A stretch of DNA of 35,373 nucleotides, from the IMG/VR virus record IMGVR_UViG_3300030330_000091, positions 1 through 35,373 of that record, one strand, 5' to 3'. Numbering within the stretch: the first letter of the stretch is position 1; each line of letters starts with the position of its first letter. Both the position numbers and the translations under genes were made by a program. Below, piece by piece: positions 1 to 8,376 of this stretch. The stretch comes from a virus. Lineage: Duplodnaviria; Caudoviricetes. Below the pieces are notes generated by a model, which made no database searches, was not told the DNA's origin, and saw only the letters and a list, made by a program, of their open reading frames with translations.

Positions 1-54
1 AAATTACCTTGACGAAGAATTAACTTCGACAACAGCCAAGACAAGGAGATATAC

Positions 55-564
55 ATGGCTAATACAACATTCTCAGGACCTATACGTTCTGAAAGCACTA
101 TTAAAACTATTAGTAAAGACGGAACTACTGGAACCATTACAGAGATTACAACACTTGGTGGCGCACCAGTTAGCTTATCTGATGGTGACGTAACCTTAAC
201 TAATGCAACTCACAGTGGTAGAATTTTACTTGTGCCAGATGGATCTCAGGATAATACATACACATTACCTGCTCCTATAGCTGGATCTTCATTTAGATTT
301 GTTTATGCTGGTGGAGCTGCTGATGGAACAGATGCTTTAATTGTTACACCTGGCAATTCAAACTTTTACATTGGAGGAGTAACATTTTTAGATACTGATG
401 GTAATGAAGTAAGTTCAGTTTTTTCTGATGGTAACTCAAACAGCAGTATTCAATTAAATGTTCCTGCTGGATTTGATGTGACTATTGTTGGCATTGATAC
501 GACTAACTATCAAATTTTTGGTAACGTAACATCAACGACAGCTCCAGCTTTTGCTGATCAATAA
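55..564 (+). CDS. putative virion structural / capsid-associated protein
   Basis: 169 aa Thr/Ser/Gly-rich beta-type protein; AAGGAG RBS at 43-48; N-terminus MANTTFSGPIRS recalls proteins following the major capsid gene in marine podophages. Confidence 0.6.
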   Translation: MANTTFSGPIRSESTIKTISKDGTTGTITEITTLGGAPVSLSDGDVTLTNATHSGRILLVPDGSQDNTYTLPAPIAGSSFRFVYAGGAADGTDALIVTPGNSNFYIGGVTFLDTDGNEVSSVFSDGNSNSSIQLNVPAGFDVTIVGIDTTNYQIFGNVTSTTAPAFADQ

Positions 565-576
565 TAGGAGAGTTAT

Positions 577-981
577 ATGGCAGATACAGTTGCCTCACAA
601 ACCTTACAAGATGGGATAAAGCAAGCTGTTTTTAAATTCACTAACGTATCTGATGGCACTGGCGAAAGTGCAGTAACCAAAATTGATGTTTCTAATTTGT
701 CAAAAAATGAGAAAGGTCAGTCCTGCACAAGAGTTACAATTGATGAAATTTGGTGGCAATGTAATGGCATGAAGGTGCAGGTTCTTTTTGACGCTTCATC
801 TAATCTTTTGTGCATTGAGCTAGGTGAAAATCAAAGTGGACATCACGACTATTCAAGCTTTGGTGGTTTAGTAAACAACGCTGGTTCAGGTGTAACAGGT
901 GATATTTTATTCACTACAGTCGGACACTCTTCAGCAGATACTTACACAATAACCATGAAAGTAAGAAAGAGTTATGAGTAA
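577..981 (+). CDS. conserved phage structural/hypothetical protein
   Basis: 134 aa, AGGAG RBS, coupled to the next gene by TAATG overlap. Confidence 0.6.
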   Translation: MADTVASQTLQDGIKQAVFKFTNVSDGTGESAVTKIDVSNLSKNEKGQSCTRVTIDEIWWQCNGMKVQVLFDASSNLLCIELGENQSGHHDYSSFGGLVNNAGSGVTGDILFTTVGHSSADTYTITMKVRKSYE

Positions 982-1265
982 TGGCTAGGAAGGCTAGTAA
1001 AAACCCTCCTAAAACTAAAAAGTATTTCCGTTCCACAAAAAGTGGAGCGGGAATGACTAAAGCTGGAGTTGCACGTTACAGACGTGAAAATCCAGGTAGT
1101 AAGCTTAAAACTGCTGTTACTGGTAAAGTTAAACCAGGCAGTAAGGCTGCAAAAAGAAGAAAGTCTTTTTGTGCTAGATCTGCTGGACAAATGAAAAAAT
1201 TTCCAAAAGCAGCAAAAAATCCTAATAGTAGGTTAAGACAAGCAAGAAGAAGATGGAAGTGTTAG
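981..1265 (+). CDS. small basic protein (DUF6321-like)
   Basis: 94 aa K/R-rich; motifs RRKSFCAR and NSRLRQARRRWKC. Confidence 0.6.
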   Translation: MARKASKNPPKTKKYFRSTKSGAGMTKAGVARYRRENPGSKLKTAVTGKVKPGSKAAKRRKSFCARSAGQMKKFPKAAKNPNSRLRQARRRWKC

Positions 1266-1424
1266 ATGACAAGTAAAGAATTATTAAAAATGTTGGAAAA
1301 ACATGAGTCTGTATGTAATGCTAGATTTGATGGTATTAACAATAAATTGAACAAATTGGATACTCGTTTGTGGGGTATCTATGGAGTTATTATAGGAGTA
1401 GCAGTTCTTGAGAAGTTTTTCTAA
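1266..1424 (+). CDS. small membrane protein, XhlA/holin-like
   Basis: Not in ORF track; translated by hand: MTSKELLKMLEKHESVCNARFDGINNKLNKLDTRLWGIYGVIIGVAVLEKFF (52 aa); coiled coil plus C-terminal hydrophobic helix; abuts both neighbours. Confidence 0.6.
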   Translation: MTSKELLKMLEKHESVCNARFDGINNKLNKLDTRLWGIYGVIIGVAVLEKFF

Positions 1425-1591
1425 TGGTAATGGGCAGGTCACAAATGTCACGTCAAGTGTCGAAACCTCCCCAAAAAAGGAAGTGGAGTAATGCGAGGAA
1501 ACGGAAAATCAATTGCAGAAGACCTAAAGGATTTTCTGAAAAAGCACATTGTGCCGCTAAAAAAAGGAGAAGTTCTAAGAGCAAGAGGTGA
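1424..1591 (+). CDS. small basic protein with INCxxPKGFSEKAHC motif
   Basis: Not in ORF track; 55 aa MVMGRSQMSRQVSKPPQKRKWSNARKRKINCRRPKGFSEKAHCAAKKRRSSKSKR; TAATG coupling to upstream gene; motif recalled from marine phage proteins. Confidence 0.6.
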   Translation: MVMGRSQMSRQVSKPPQKRKWSNARKRKINCRRPKGFSEKAHCAAKKRRSSKSKR

Positions 1592-1676
1592 GCCATTAAA
1601 AGATTGTCCTCAATGTATGAAGAGAAAATATTGGTGTACCTGTTGGAAAGTATTGAAAGGAAGATATTATGCCTAA
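1491..1676 (+). CDS. possible overlapping small Cys-rich protein
   Basis: 61 aa ORF with CPQC...CTC; overlaps 1424..1591 in another frame and ends overlapping the next start. Confidence 0.3.
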   Translation: MRGNGKSIAEDLKDFLKKHIVPLKKGEVLRARGEPLKDCPQCMKRKYWCTCWKVLKGRYYA

Positions 1677-2097
1677 AGACGCTTGTTATCATAAGGTAAA
1701 AGCTCGTTACAGAGTTTTTCCATCAGCTTATGCTTCAGGAGCTATTGCTAAATGCCGAAAGGTAGGTGCAGCTAACTATGGCAAAGGTGGTAAAAAAGCT
1801 AAGAAAAAAGCAATGGGTGGTGTCGTTAAAATGCAAACGGGTGGTGAACCTAAAATTCGTGCATTAGAAGACATACTTAATGAGTCAATTATGAAAGATC
1901 TTAAAGATCTTAGAAAAGTACAATTTAAAAAAGGTGCAAGATTTTCTGTAGACTCAAAAGGAAATGTTACAAAAAACTTTAAAAATGGTGGTTCTGTACC
2001 AAAACAAAAAAGAAAAAGAAAAACAAAAAATCCAAACATTGCACGAGGTTGTGGTGTAGTTATGAACAATAGAAGAAAAGTTACAAAGTTTAGATAA
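1669..2097 (+). CDS. basic phage protein (PSAYASG motif)
   Basis: 142 aa K-rich; DACYHKVK...FPSAYASGAIAKCRK; xxGG motifs. Confidence 0.65.
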   Translation: MPKDACYHKVKARYRVFPSAYASGAIAKCRKVGAANYGKGGKKAKKKAMGGVVKMQTGGEPKIRALEDILNESIMKDLKDLRKVQFKKGARFSVDSKGNVTKNFKNGGSVPKQKRKRKTKNPNIARGCGVVMNNRRKVTKFR

Positions 2098-2378
2098 TGG
2101 CTGTTCGTAAAACAAAAGCTGGTCTTGCTCTTAAACGATGGTTTAAAGAAGATTGGAAAGATCAAAGAACTGGCAAGCCTTGTGGCAGACAAAAGGGTGA
2201 AAAACGTGGCACACCTTATTGCAGACCATCAAAAAGAATATCCAGTAAGACTCCAAAAACTGGATCTGAGATGTCAGCTTCTGAAAAAAGAAAACGTATA
2301 GCTCAAAAGAAAAGATTAGGTCAACCAGCAGGTAAACCAAGACGAGTTCAAGCAGTAAGGCGAAGAAAGAAAAAATGA
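2097..2378 (+). CDS. basic phage protein (LKRWFKEDW motif)
   Basis: 93 aa K/R-rich with CGR...PYCRP; TAATG-coupled to upstream gene. Confidence 0.65.
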   Translation: MAVRKTKAGLALKRWFKEDWKDQRTGKPCGRQKGEKRGTPYCRPSKRISSKTPKTGSEMSASEKRKRIAQKKRLGQPAGKPRRVQAVRRRKKK

Positions 2379-2938
2379 GTTTAGAGCAAAAAATTTGTGA
2401 CGAAATAAAAGCTTGGTCTAAATATGCCTTAGAAATTCCTAATGAAAATTATAATAATTTACCTTCATGTCCTTATGCAAAGTCTGCTTGGAAAAATAAC
2501 AAAGTAGGTTTTGCTATAAAAACTACAAACAATTATGACATAGTTTATACTTTAATAAATAAATTTCATGATTCTAAAGACTTAGTTATAGTTGTTGATT
2601 TATCTTATGAAAATAATGAAATATTTCACAATAATTTAACTAATTTAAATAAATTAATACATGAAGATAAATTTGACCAAAACGATATTTGGTTAATGGG
2701 ATTCCACCCTGATGATGATGTTAACGAGTTAATTGATGATGGCACGTTTGCAGAAATTGTTAAGGAGGAATATGCTTTGATATTCGTTCAACGATTAACA
2801 AAGCTACAAGAAAGTGCAAATAAATTGAAGAAACTTGGTTATTATGATAAATATTATAATGAGTACAATGTTGAAGAGATTTATGAGCAAAGACAACAAT
2901 ACTACAACAACCTTAAAAGGAGAATAAAATGGCAATGA
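2375..2938 (+). CDS. hypothetical protein, DUF1415-like
   Basis: 187 aa; CPYAK and FHP motifs resemble DUF1415; ATGA overlap. Confidence 0.5.
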   Translation: MSLEQKICDEIKAWSKYALEIPNENYNNLPSCPYAKSAWKNNKVGFAIKTTNNYDIVYTLINKFHDSKDLVIVVDLSYENNEIFHNNLTNLNKLIHEDKFDQNDIWLMGFHPDDDVNELIDDGTFAEIVKEEYALIFVQRLTKLQESANKLKKLGYYDKYYNEYNVEEIYEQRQQYYNNLKRRIKWQ

Positions 2939-3096
2939 GTCCTAGAAAAATGAACGCTATGGGCGATCAATTAAAAAAAGCAGCTACTAAAATGATGGCT
3001 GGAGGTAAAGTCAAAAAAATGATGGGTGGTGGTGCTGCCAAAAAAATGCGTGGTGGTGGCATGGCTAAAAAAATGAAAAAAGGTGGTAAAGCCTAA
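2929..3096 (+). CDS. small K/M/G-rich protein with tandem KMxxGG repeats
   Basis: Not in ORF track; AAGGAG RBS; 55 aa ending KMMAGGKVKKMMGGGAAKKMRGGGMAKKMKKGGKA; TAATG overlap with next gene. Confidence 0.7.
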   Translation: MAMSPRKMNAMGDQLKKAATKMMAGGKVKKMMGGGAAKKMRGGGMAKKMKKGGKA

Positions 3097-3764
3097 TGAC
3101 AACTTCAAGTTCAAATAATTTTGAATTAGATGTTGCAGAGTACATTGAAGAAGCTTTTGAAAGATGTGGTTTAGAAGCTAGGACAGGTTACGATTTGCAA
3201 ACAGCCAGACGTTCTATGAACATTATGTTGGCAGAGTGGGCAAATCGTGGCTTGAACCAATGGACTATTGAACAAAGAACACAATCTCTTACTTCAGGGA
3301 CTGCTGAATATAGTTTAGGAACAGATATAATTGATGTTTTATCAGTGGTTGTAAGAAGATCAGGTACTGATTTTAGTATGAGTAGAATAAGTAGAGATAC
3401 TTTTTTAAATATTCCAACTAAATCAACAACAGGTCGAGCAACACAATATTTTTTAGATAGACAGATTACACCAAATCTAAAATTATATCCAACACCTGAG
3501 AATAGCACTGATGTTTTAGTTTATGATGCTTTAACAAGAATGCAAGATGCTGATACTCAAGTAAATACACTTGAAGTGCCTTTTAGATTTTTTCCATGTC
3601 TTACTGCTGGACTTGCATATTACATTGCAATGAAAAGAGCTCCTGACAGAATACAATTGTTAAAAAGTGTATATGAAGAGGAGTTTGAAAGAGCTATAGG
3701 TGAAGACAGAGATAGATCTTCATTTAGTATCACACCAAAGTTAGATTATTATAAGGTTGGATAA
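3096..3764 (+). CDS. head-tail adaptor / tail tubular protein A-like
   Basis: 222 aa; EEAFERCG, LxEWANRGLN, LYPTP and GLAYYIA motifs typical of podophage adaptors. Confidence 0.7.
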   Translation: MTTSSSNNFELDVAEYIEEAFERCGLEARTGYDLQTARRSMNIMLAEWANRGLNQWTIEQRTQSLTSGTAEYSLGTDIIDVLSVVVRRSGTDFSMSRISRDTFLNIPTKSTTGRATQYFLDRQITPNLKLYPTPENSTDVLVYDALTRMQDADTQVNTLEVPFRFFPCLTAGLAYYIAMKRAPDRIQLLKSVYEEEFERAIGEDRDRSSFSITPKLDYYKVG

Positions 3765-4078
3765 TGGCTTTTGCTAAAGGTAAATATGCTTATAGAATAT
3801 CAGATCGTTCTGGATTTCGTTACAGAATAAGAGATATGAGAAAAGAATGGAATGGTAGCATAGTTGGTTATGATGAATATGAAGAAAAACATCCACAACT
3901 AACTCCACCAAGAATAAGAACAGATCTTGAAGCTATTAGAGATGCAAGACCAGATGTAAAAGATGACAATAAAAAATTTATTGTTTACACTAATACTGGA
4001 TTAGGAAACATAGGAACTTTATTAGATACCTTTAGTGCAACAGCCTCAGTTGGAACAGTTACAGTGAGTACGACATGA
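3764..4078 (+). CDS. conserved phage virion-module protein
   Basis: 104 aa; DRSGF...EWNG...EEKHPQL...RPD; C-terminal TASVGTVTV strand. Confidence 0.6.
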   Translation: MAFAKGKYAYRISDRSGFRYRIRDMRKEWNGSIVGYDEYEEKHPQLTPPRIRTDLEAIRDARPDVKDDNKKFIVYTNTGLGNIGTLLDTFSATASVGTVTVSTT

Positions 4079-4719
4079 GTTTTACCTTAACTACATTAAC
4101 AGCATCAATACAAGAGTGGACACAAAATGATGAAGCCACTTTTGTAGCAGAGATACCTTTTTTCATAAAAAATGCAGAAGAAAGAATATTTAAAGTTGTT
4201 GATTTAGATTATTTCAGAAAAAATGTGACTGGAACAATGACAAGTGGCAATAAATTTTTAGAAAAACCATCTGATTATTTAGCAACCTTCTCATTATCTT
4301 ATGTAAAAGATAGTGCAAATGTATTTTTATTGCAAAAAGATGTAAACTACATTCAAGAGTTTACTCCAAATCCAAGCACAACTGGTAGTCCTAGATTTTA
4401 TTCATCTTTTGATGTCGATACATTTATAGTTGCACCAACTCCAGATTCCAGCTATGCCGTTGAATTACATTATTATTATAGACCTGCTTCATTAACGACT
4501 GATAACTCAGGAAGCACATGGATAAGCACAAATGCACCTGATGCCTTATTGTATGCTTCACTTGTTGAGGCATATACTTTTATGAAAGGTGAGTCAGATT
4601 TAATACAGCTTTATACTGCAAGATTTACAGAAGCCATGAGTAGACTTAAAGTATATGGTGAGGGACAAGAAAATACAGATGCTTTTAGGGAGGGTTTGGT
4701 CAGAGTTCCAAAACAATAG
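4075..4719 (+). CDS. second adaptor / tail tubular protein
   Basis: 214 aa; FIKNAEERI, APTPD, YYYRP and LLYASLVEAYTFMK motifs. Confidence 0.65.
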   Translation: MSFTLTTLTASIQEWTQNDEATFVAEIPFFIKNAEERIFKVVDLDYFRKNVTGTMTSGNKFLEKPSDYLATFSLSYVKDSANVFLLQKDVNYIQEFTPNPSTTGSPRFYSSFDVDTFIVAPTPDSSYAVELHYYYRPASLTTDNSGSTWISTNAPDALLYASLVEAYTFMKGESDLIQLYTARFTEAMSRLKVYGEGQENTDAFREGLVRVPKQ

Positions 4720-4730
4720 AAGGTAGCAAA

Positions 4731-5450
4731 ATGAAAAACAAAAGCATAGCTATTGTTGCACTTGGCAATAGTTTTTCAGAATATATATTAGCTAAGATAA
4801 GAAGTGAAAAATTTGATGAAGTTTGGACGATAAACTCTATGTCTGGAGTTATCTACCATGACAAATGTTTTATGATGGATCCACCCTCAAGATTTCTTGA
4901 TACGCCTAATGCTGGTAAACAAACAGACGTAATGACAGAAAGACTTCTAACTAAAAAAGACATACCAATATATTCTTGTTGTTTAGATGAAAGATGTCCT
5001 GACGTTATAGAATATCCTTTACAAGAAGTTATTCAAAAAACTGGCTATGCTTATTTTAATAATACAGTGTCATACTCTTTAGGTTATGCAGTATCACAAA
5101 AAGTGTCAGATTTACATTTGTATGGAATAGATTTTACTCATAAAAGTGTCGCTTTTGCAGAGGCAGGCAGAGCCTGTTGTGAGTTTTGGTTGGCTATAGC
5201 TATTTCAAAAAAAATTAAAGTTCATATAGCAAATAGTTCATCTTTACTAGATATGAATGTTCCAGACGATGAAAAACTTTATGGATACCATAGGCTTGAT
5301 GACCCACTTGTTTCCACAACCACACAAGGTAATATGTTAATAACAAAAAAGTCAAAATTAGAACCACCAGAGCCTTTAGACTCTAAGCCTAATTTAATTG
5401 GTAGAGTTGACATACCTGGCATAAGTTATGAGGAGAAGAAAAATGTTTGA
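4731..5450 (+). CDS. hypothetical protein, possible sialyltransferase/DUF115-like Rossmann fold
   Basis: 239 aa; IAIVALGNS, VWTIN and LYGIDF motifs resemble GT42/DUF115-type enzymes. Confidence 0.45.
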   Translation: MKNKSIAIVALGNSFSEYILAKIRSEKFDEVWTINSMSGVIYHDKCFMMDPPSRFLDTPNAGKQTDVMTERLLTKKDIPIYSCCLDERCPDVIEYPLQEVIQKTGYAYFNNTVSYSLGYAVSQKVSDLHLYGIDFTHKSVAFAEAGRACCEFWLAIAISKKIKVHIANSSSLLDMNVPDDEKLYGYHRLDDPLVSTTTQGNMLITKKSKLEPPEPLDSKPNLIGRVDIPGISYEEKKNV

Positions 5451-5730
5451 TTTAGGATCAGGAACAGTTGGAAGTGTTAACATTAAAACATCACAAGGTG
5501 GTGGGTTAACAAACGAACAAATAGCAGATTTAGCTGTTGATAAGATAGCAGGTATATCAGATGAAGCACCACCTCATGTGAGACAACAAGCTAAATTATT
5601 TAAAGAGCAACTTAAAGGAGTTTTGTATCATTATATATTATTGGCAAGAAGAGAGGAACGTGCTAGTATAATTCAAGTTCTAAGATCAAGTGGTCAAAAA
5701 GAGACGGCTGAATATATAAGGAGACTTTAA
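5443..5730 (+). CDS. conserved hypothetical phage protein
   Basis: Start moved to ATG 5443 (AGGAG at 5431-5435); 95 aa, helical. Confidence 0.6.
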   Translation: MFDLGSGTVGSVNIKTSQGGGLTNEQIADLAVDKIAGISDEAPPHVRQQAKLFKEQLKGVLYHYILLARREERASIIQVLRSSGQKETAEYIRRL

Positions 5731-5731
5731 T

Positions 5732-6184
5732 ATGGCTATAGCACAAGCAATGTGTACTGCATTTAAACAAGAGTTACTTCTTGGCACACATAATTTTGCA
5801 ACAAACGGAAACGCTTTTAAATTAGCGTTATATGCAGAAGGTGGAGGGGGTAAATCTTCTACAACTGCGACATTAGGAGCAGCAACGACTGCATTTACAA
5901 CAACTGGAGAAGTTGCAAATAGTGGTTCTTATACTTCTGGAGGAGGCACACTAACTAAAGTTGCACCAACTACCTCTGGAACAACTGCTTTTACAGATTT
6001 TGCTGATTTAAGCTTTACCACTGCAACAATCACTGCAATGGGTGCTTTAATATATAATGACACTAATAGTGATAAAGCAGTGTGTGTATTAGATTTTACA
6101 TCTAATAAAACTTCAACATCTGGCACTTTCACAATTCAGTTTCCAACTGCCGATGCAAGTAATGCGATTATAAGGATAGCTTAA
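5732..6184 (+). CDS. virion structural protein (tail/fibre-associated)
   Basis: 150 aa Thr/Ala-rich; FKQELL, ALIYN and FTIQFP...AIIRIA motifs; AGGAG RBS. Confidence 0.65.
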   Translation: MAIAQAMCTAFKQELLLGTHNFATNGNAFKLALYAEGGGGKSSTTATLGAATTAFTTTGEVANSGSYTSGGGTLTKVAPTTSGTTAFTDFADLSFTTATITAMGALIYNDTNSDKAVCVLDFTSNKTSTSGTFTIQFPTADASNAIIRIA

Positions 6185-6185
6185 A

Positions 6186-7088
6186 TTGTCAAATACTACC
6201 TTACAAGGTTGGGGTAGAGGCACATGGGGTCAAGGAGCATGGAACGCTCCTATATCCGTTGAAATAGATAGCACTAGTCCCGTTCAAATACTTGGGACAA
6301 CTGCTTTAGGCTCTGTGTTAGGCGTACCTGGTGTTTTTGTAAATGTTACTGGTGTTTCTTCTACTACTGCCATAAGTCAAACTGGTGCAAGCACAGTTAC
6401 TTTTACTGTCACTGTAGTTTCTGGTAATCCTTCAAATCACCCATATTACAATCAAGGATCAACAAATAAGTACGCTATTGGTGGATCAACTGCTACCAGT
6501 GATGTTACTTTAACTATGTATGAAGGTAACACATACAGATTTGATCAAAGCGATAGTAGTAATGATGGTCATCCGATTAATTTTTATGAGGATAAAGACA
6601 AAAATACAGCATACACAAGTGGTGTAAGTTACAATATAGATGGTTCTTCTGTTTCTCAATCATCTTATGTTGATACATCTACGTTTAATGCAGGCACAAC
6701 TAGATATATAGAAATAACAGTTCCAGACGGAGCACCAACACTTCATTATCAATGCTATAACCATGCTTTGATGGGATATTTTGCCAACACGCTTGGTATC
6801 CCCAATATAGCAACAACAACTGGAGCACCAGTTTCAGCTAACACTCCAGTAAGCATTGCAATGACAGGTGGATTAGGCAATGAAACTGTTGTCACATCAG
6901 TTGAAGTTGTGCCATCTGACTATAATAACACAACATCAGCTTTACAAGCACAACAATCTAATGTTGTCACAGTGCCTCAATGTGTGGTATCTTTAACAGG
7001 AGTAAGTGCTACTGGTGGCACTGGAGAGGAATTAGTATATAGTTTAATAGTTCCAAATCAAACAGCTAATTGGCAAGAGGTCGCATAA
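6186..7088 (+). CDS. tail fibre-like protein with inserted cupredoxin-like domain
   Basis: TTG start, 300 aa; N-terminal GWGRGTWG; central YRFDQSDSSN.GHP...LHYQCYNHALMG domain. Confidence 0.6.
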   Translation: MSNTTLQGWGRGTWGQGAWNAPISVEIDSTSPVQILGTTALGSVLGVPGVFVNVTGVSSTTAISQTGASTVTFTVTVVSGNPSNHPYYNQGSTNKYAIGGSTATSDVTLTMYEGNTYRFDQSDSSNDGHPINFYEDKDKNTAYTSGVSYNIDGSSVSQSSYVDTSTFNAGTTRYIEITVPDGAPTLHYQCYNHALMGYFANTLGIPNIATTTGAPVSANTPVSIAMTGGLGNETVVTSVEVVPSDYNNTTSALQAQQSNVVTVPQCVVSLTGVSATGGTGEELVYSLIVPNQTANWQEVA

Positions 7089-8368
7089 TGGCAAGTACAT
7101 TTGTAAACAATTTAAGACTCGAAGAAATGAACACTGGCGAACAGTCAGGAACTTGGGGTACAAAAACAAACACTAATTTAGAACTCATAGGTGAGGCATT
7201 AGGTTTTGGCACAGAAGCTATAACGACAAACGCTGATACTCATACGACCACAGTAGCAGATGCTTCTACTGATCCTGGTAGAGCCATGTTTATTAAGTAC
7301 ACTGGAACATTAGATTCAGCTTGTACGATCACAATAGCACCAAACACTCTAAGTAGGGTGCATATTATTGAAAATGGTACAAGTGGTTCACAAAATATTA
7401 TCATATCTCAAGGTTCTGGAAGTAATGTAACAATAACACCAGGCACTGCAAAGGTTGTTTACTTAGATGGAGCAGGTTCTGGTGCAGCAGTTGTTGATGC
7501 TTTTGCACATTTAGCTGCCGTAGATTTAACAGTCGATGATGATTTAATCGTAAGTGATGATATTACATTAAAATCAGATAGTGCTGTTCTTGGTTTTGGA
7601 GCCGACACTGATACAACACTTACTCATACAGATGGCACTGGACTTACACTCAATGGCACTAACAAACTTACATTTGGTGATGCAGCTAGTTTTGTTCAAC
7701 AATCAAGTGATGGCACATTAAGAATAGATGGTGAGGCAATAATTGATTTGAATGCTAGTACAAGAGTTGATGTATCTGGTGATCTACAAGTTGGTGATGA
7801 TTTAAGTTTAGCTTCTGATAGTGCAGTTTTAAATTTTGGTGCAGATAGTGACGTAAATTTAACTCATGTTGCAGACTCAGCTTTATTACTAAATGACGCT
7901 ATTAAGATGACTTTTAGAGATAGTGCTTTATCAGTAAGTTCTAGCACAGATGGGCAACTAGATGTAGACGCAGATACAGAAGTAGAAATAACAGCACCAA
8001 CAATTGATTTGACTGCATCAACTAAAGTTACAGTAAGTAATGACGTTGAAGTCACTGGTAGATCTGTTGGTGTAACAGTGACGGCAGAAAATGATGGTAG
8101 CTTTGATTTAGCAGTAGGTAATGATTTTACTTGCACCACTACTGGCAATACAGAGATTACATTTAGTAATGCTGCTGCTGGACAATCTGGCAACATAAAG
8201 TTTGTAAATGGTGGCAATCATACAATTACTGCAAATGCACTAGTGGCAATAAATGCAGACACTCTTTCTGCTTTATCAGCAACTGGTACATATCATTTAG
8301 CTTATTATGTTACAGCAGCTAGTGGTAATAATAGTATCTTAGTTTCGGCATCAGCAATACTTACATAG
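7088..8368 (+). CDS. tail fibre protein
   Basis: Start at ATG 7088 (TAATG); N-terminal LRLEEMNTGEQSGTWG anchor; internal 80-aa duplication. Confidence 0.7.
   Translation: MASTFVNNLRLEEMNTGEQSGTWGTKTNTNLELIGEALGFGTEAITTNADTHTTTVADASTDPGRAMFIKYTGTLDSACTITIAPNTLSRVHIIENGTSGSQNIIISQGSGSNVTITPGTAKVVYLDGAGSGAAVVDAFAHLAAVDLTVDDDLIVSDDITLKSDSAVLGFGADTDTTLTHTDGTGLTLNGTNKLTFGDAASFVQQSSDGTLRIDGEAIIDLNASTRVDVSGDLQVGDDLSLASDSAVLNFGADSDVNLTHVADSALLLNDAIKMTFRDSALSVSSSTDGQLDVDADTEVEITAPTIDLTASTKVTVSNDVEVTGRSVGVTVTAENDGSFDLAVGNDFTCTTTGNTEITFSNAAAGQSGNIKFVNGGNHTITANALVAINADTLSALSATGTYHLAYYVTAASGNNSILVSASAILT
7556..8050 (+). repeat. intragenic tandem duplication (about 240 nt / 80 aa period)
   Basis: DDITLKSDSAVLGFGADTDTTLTH at about 7556 and DDLSLASDSAVLNFGADSDVNLTH at about 7796, each followed by an SS(T)DGxL segment. 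Confidence 0.7.
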
Positions 8369-8376
8369 GATTTTAA

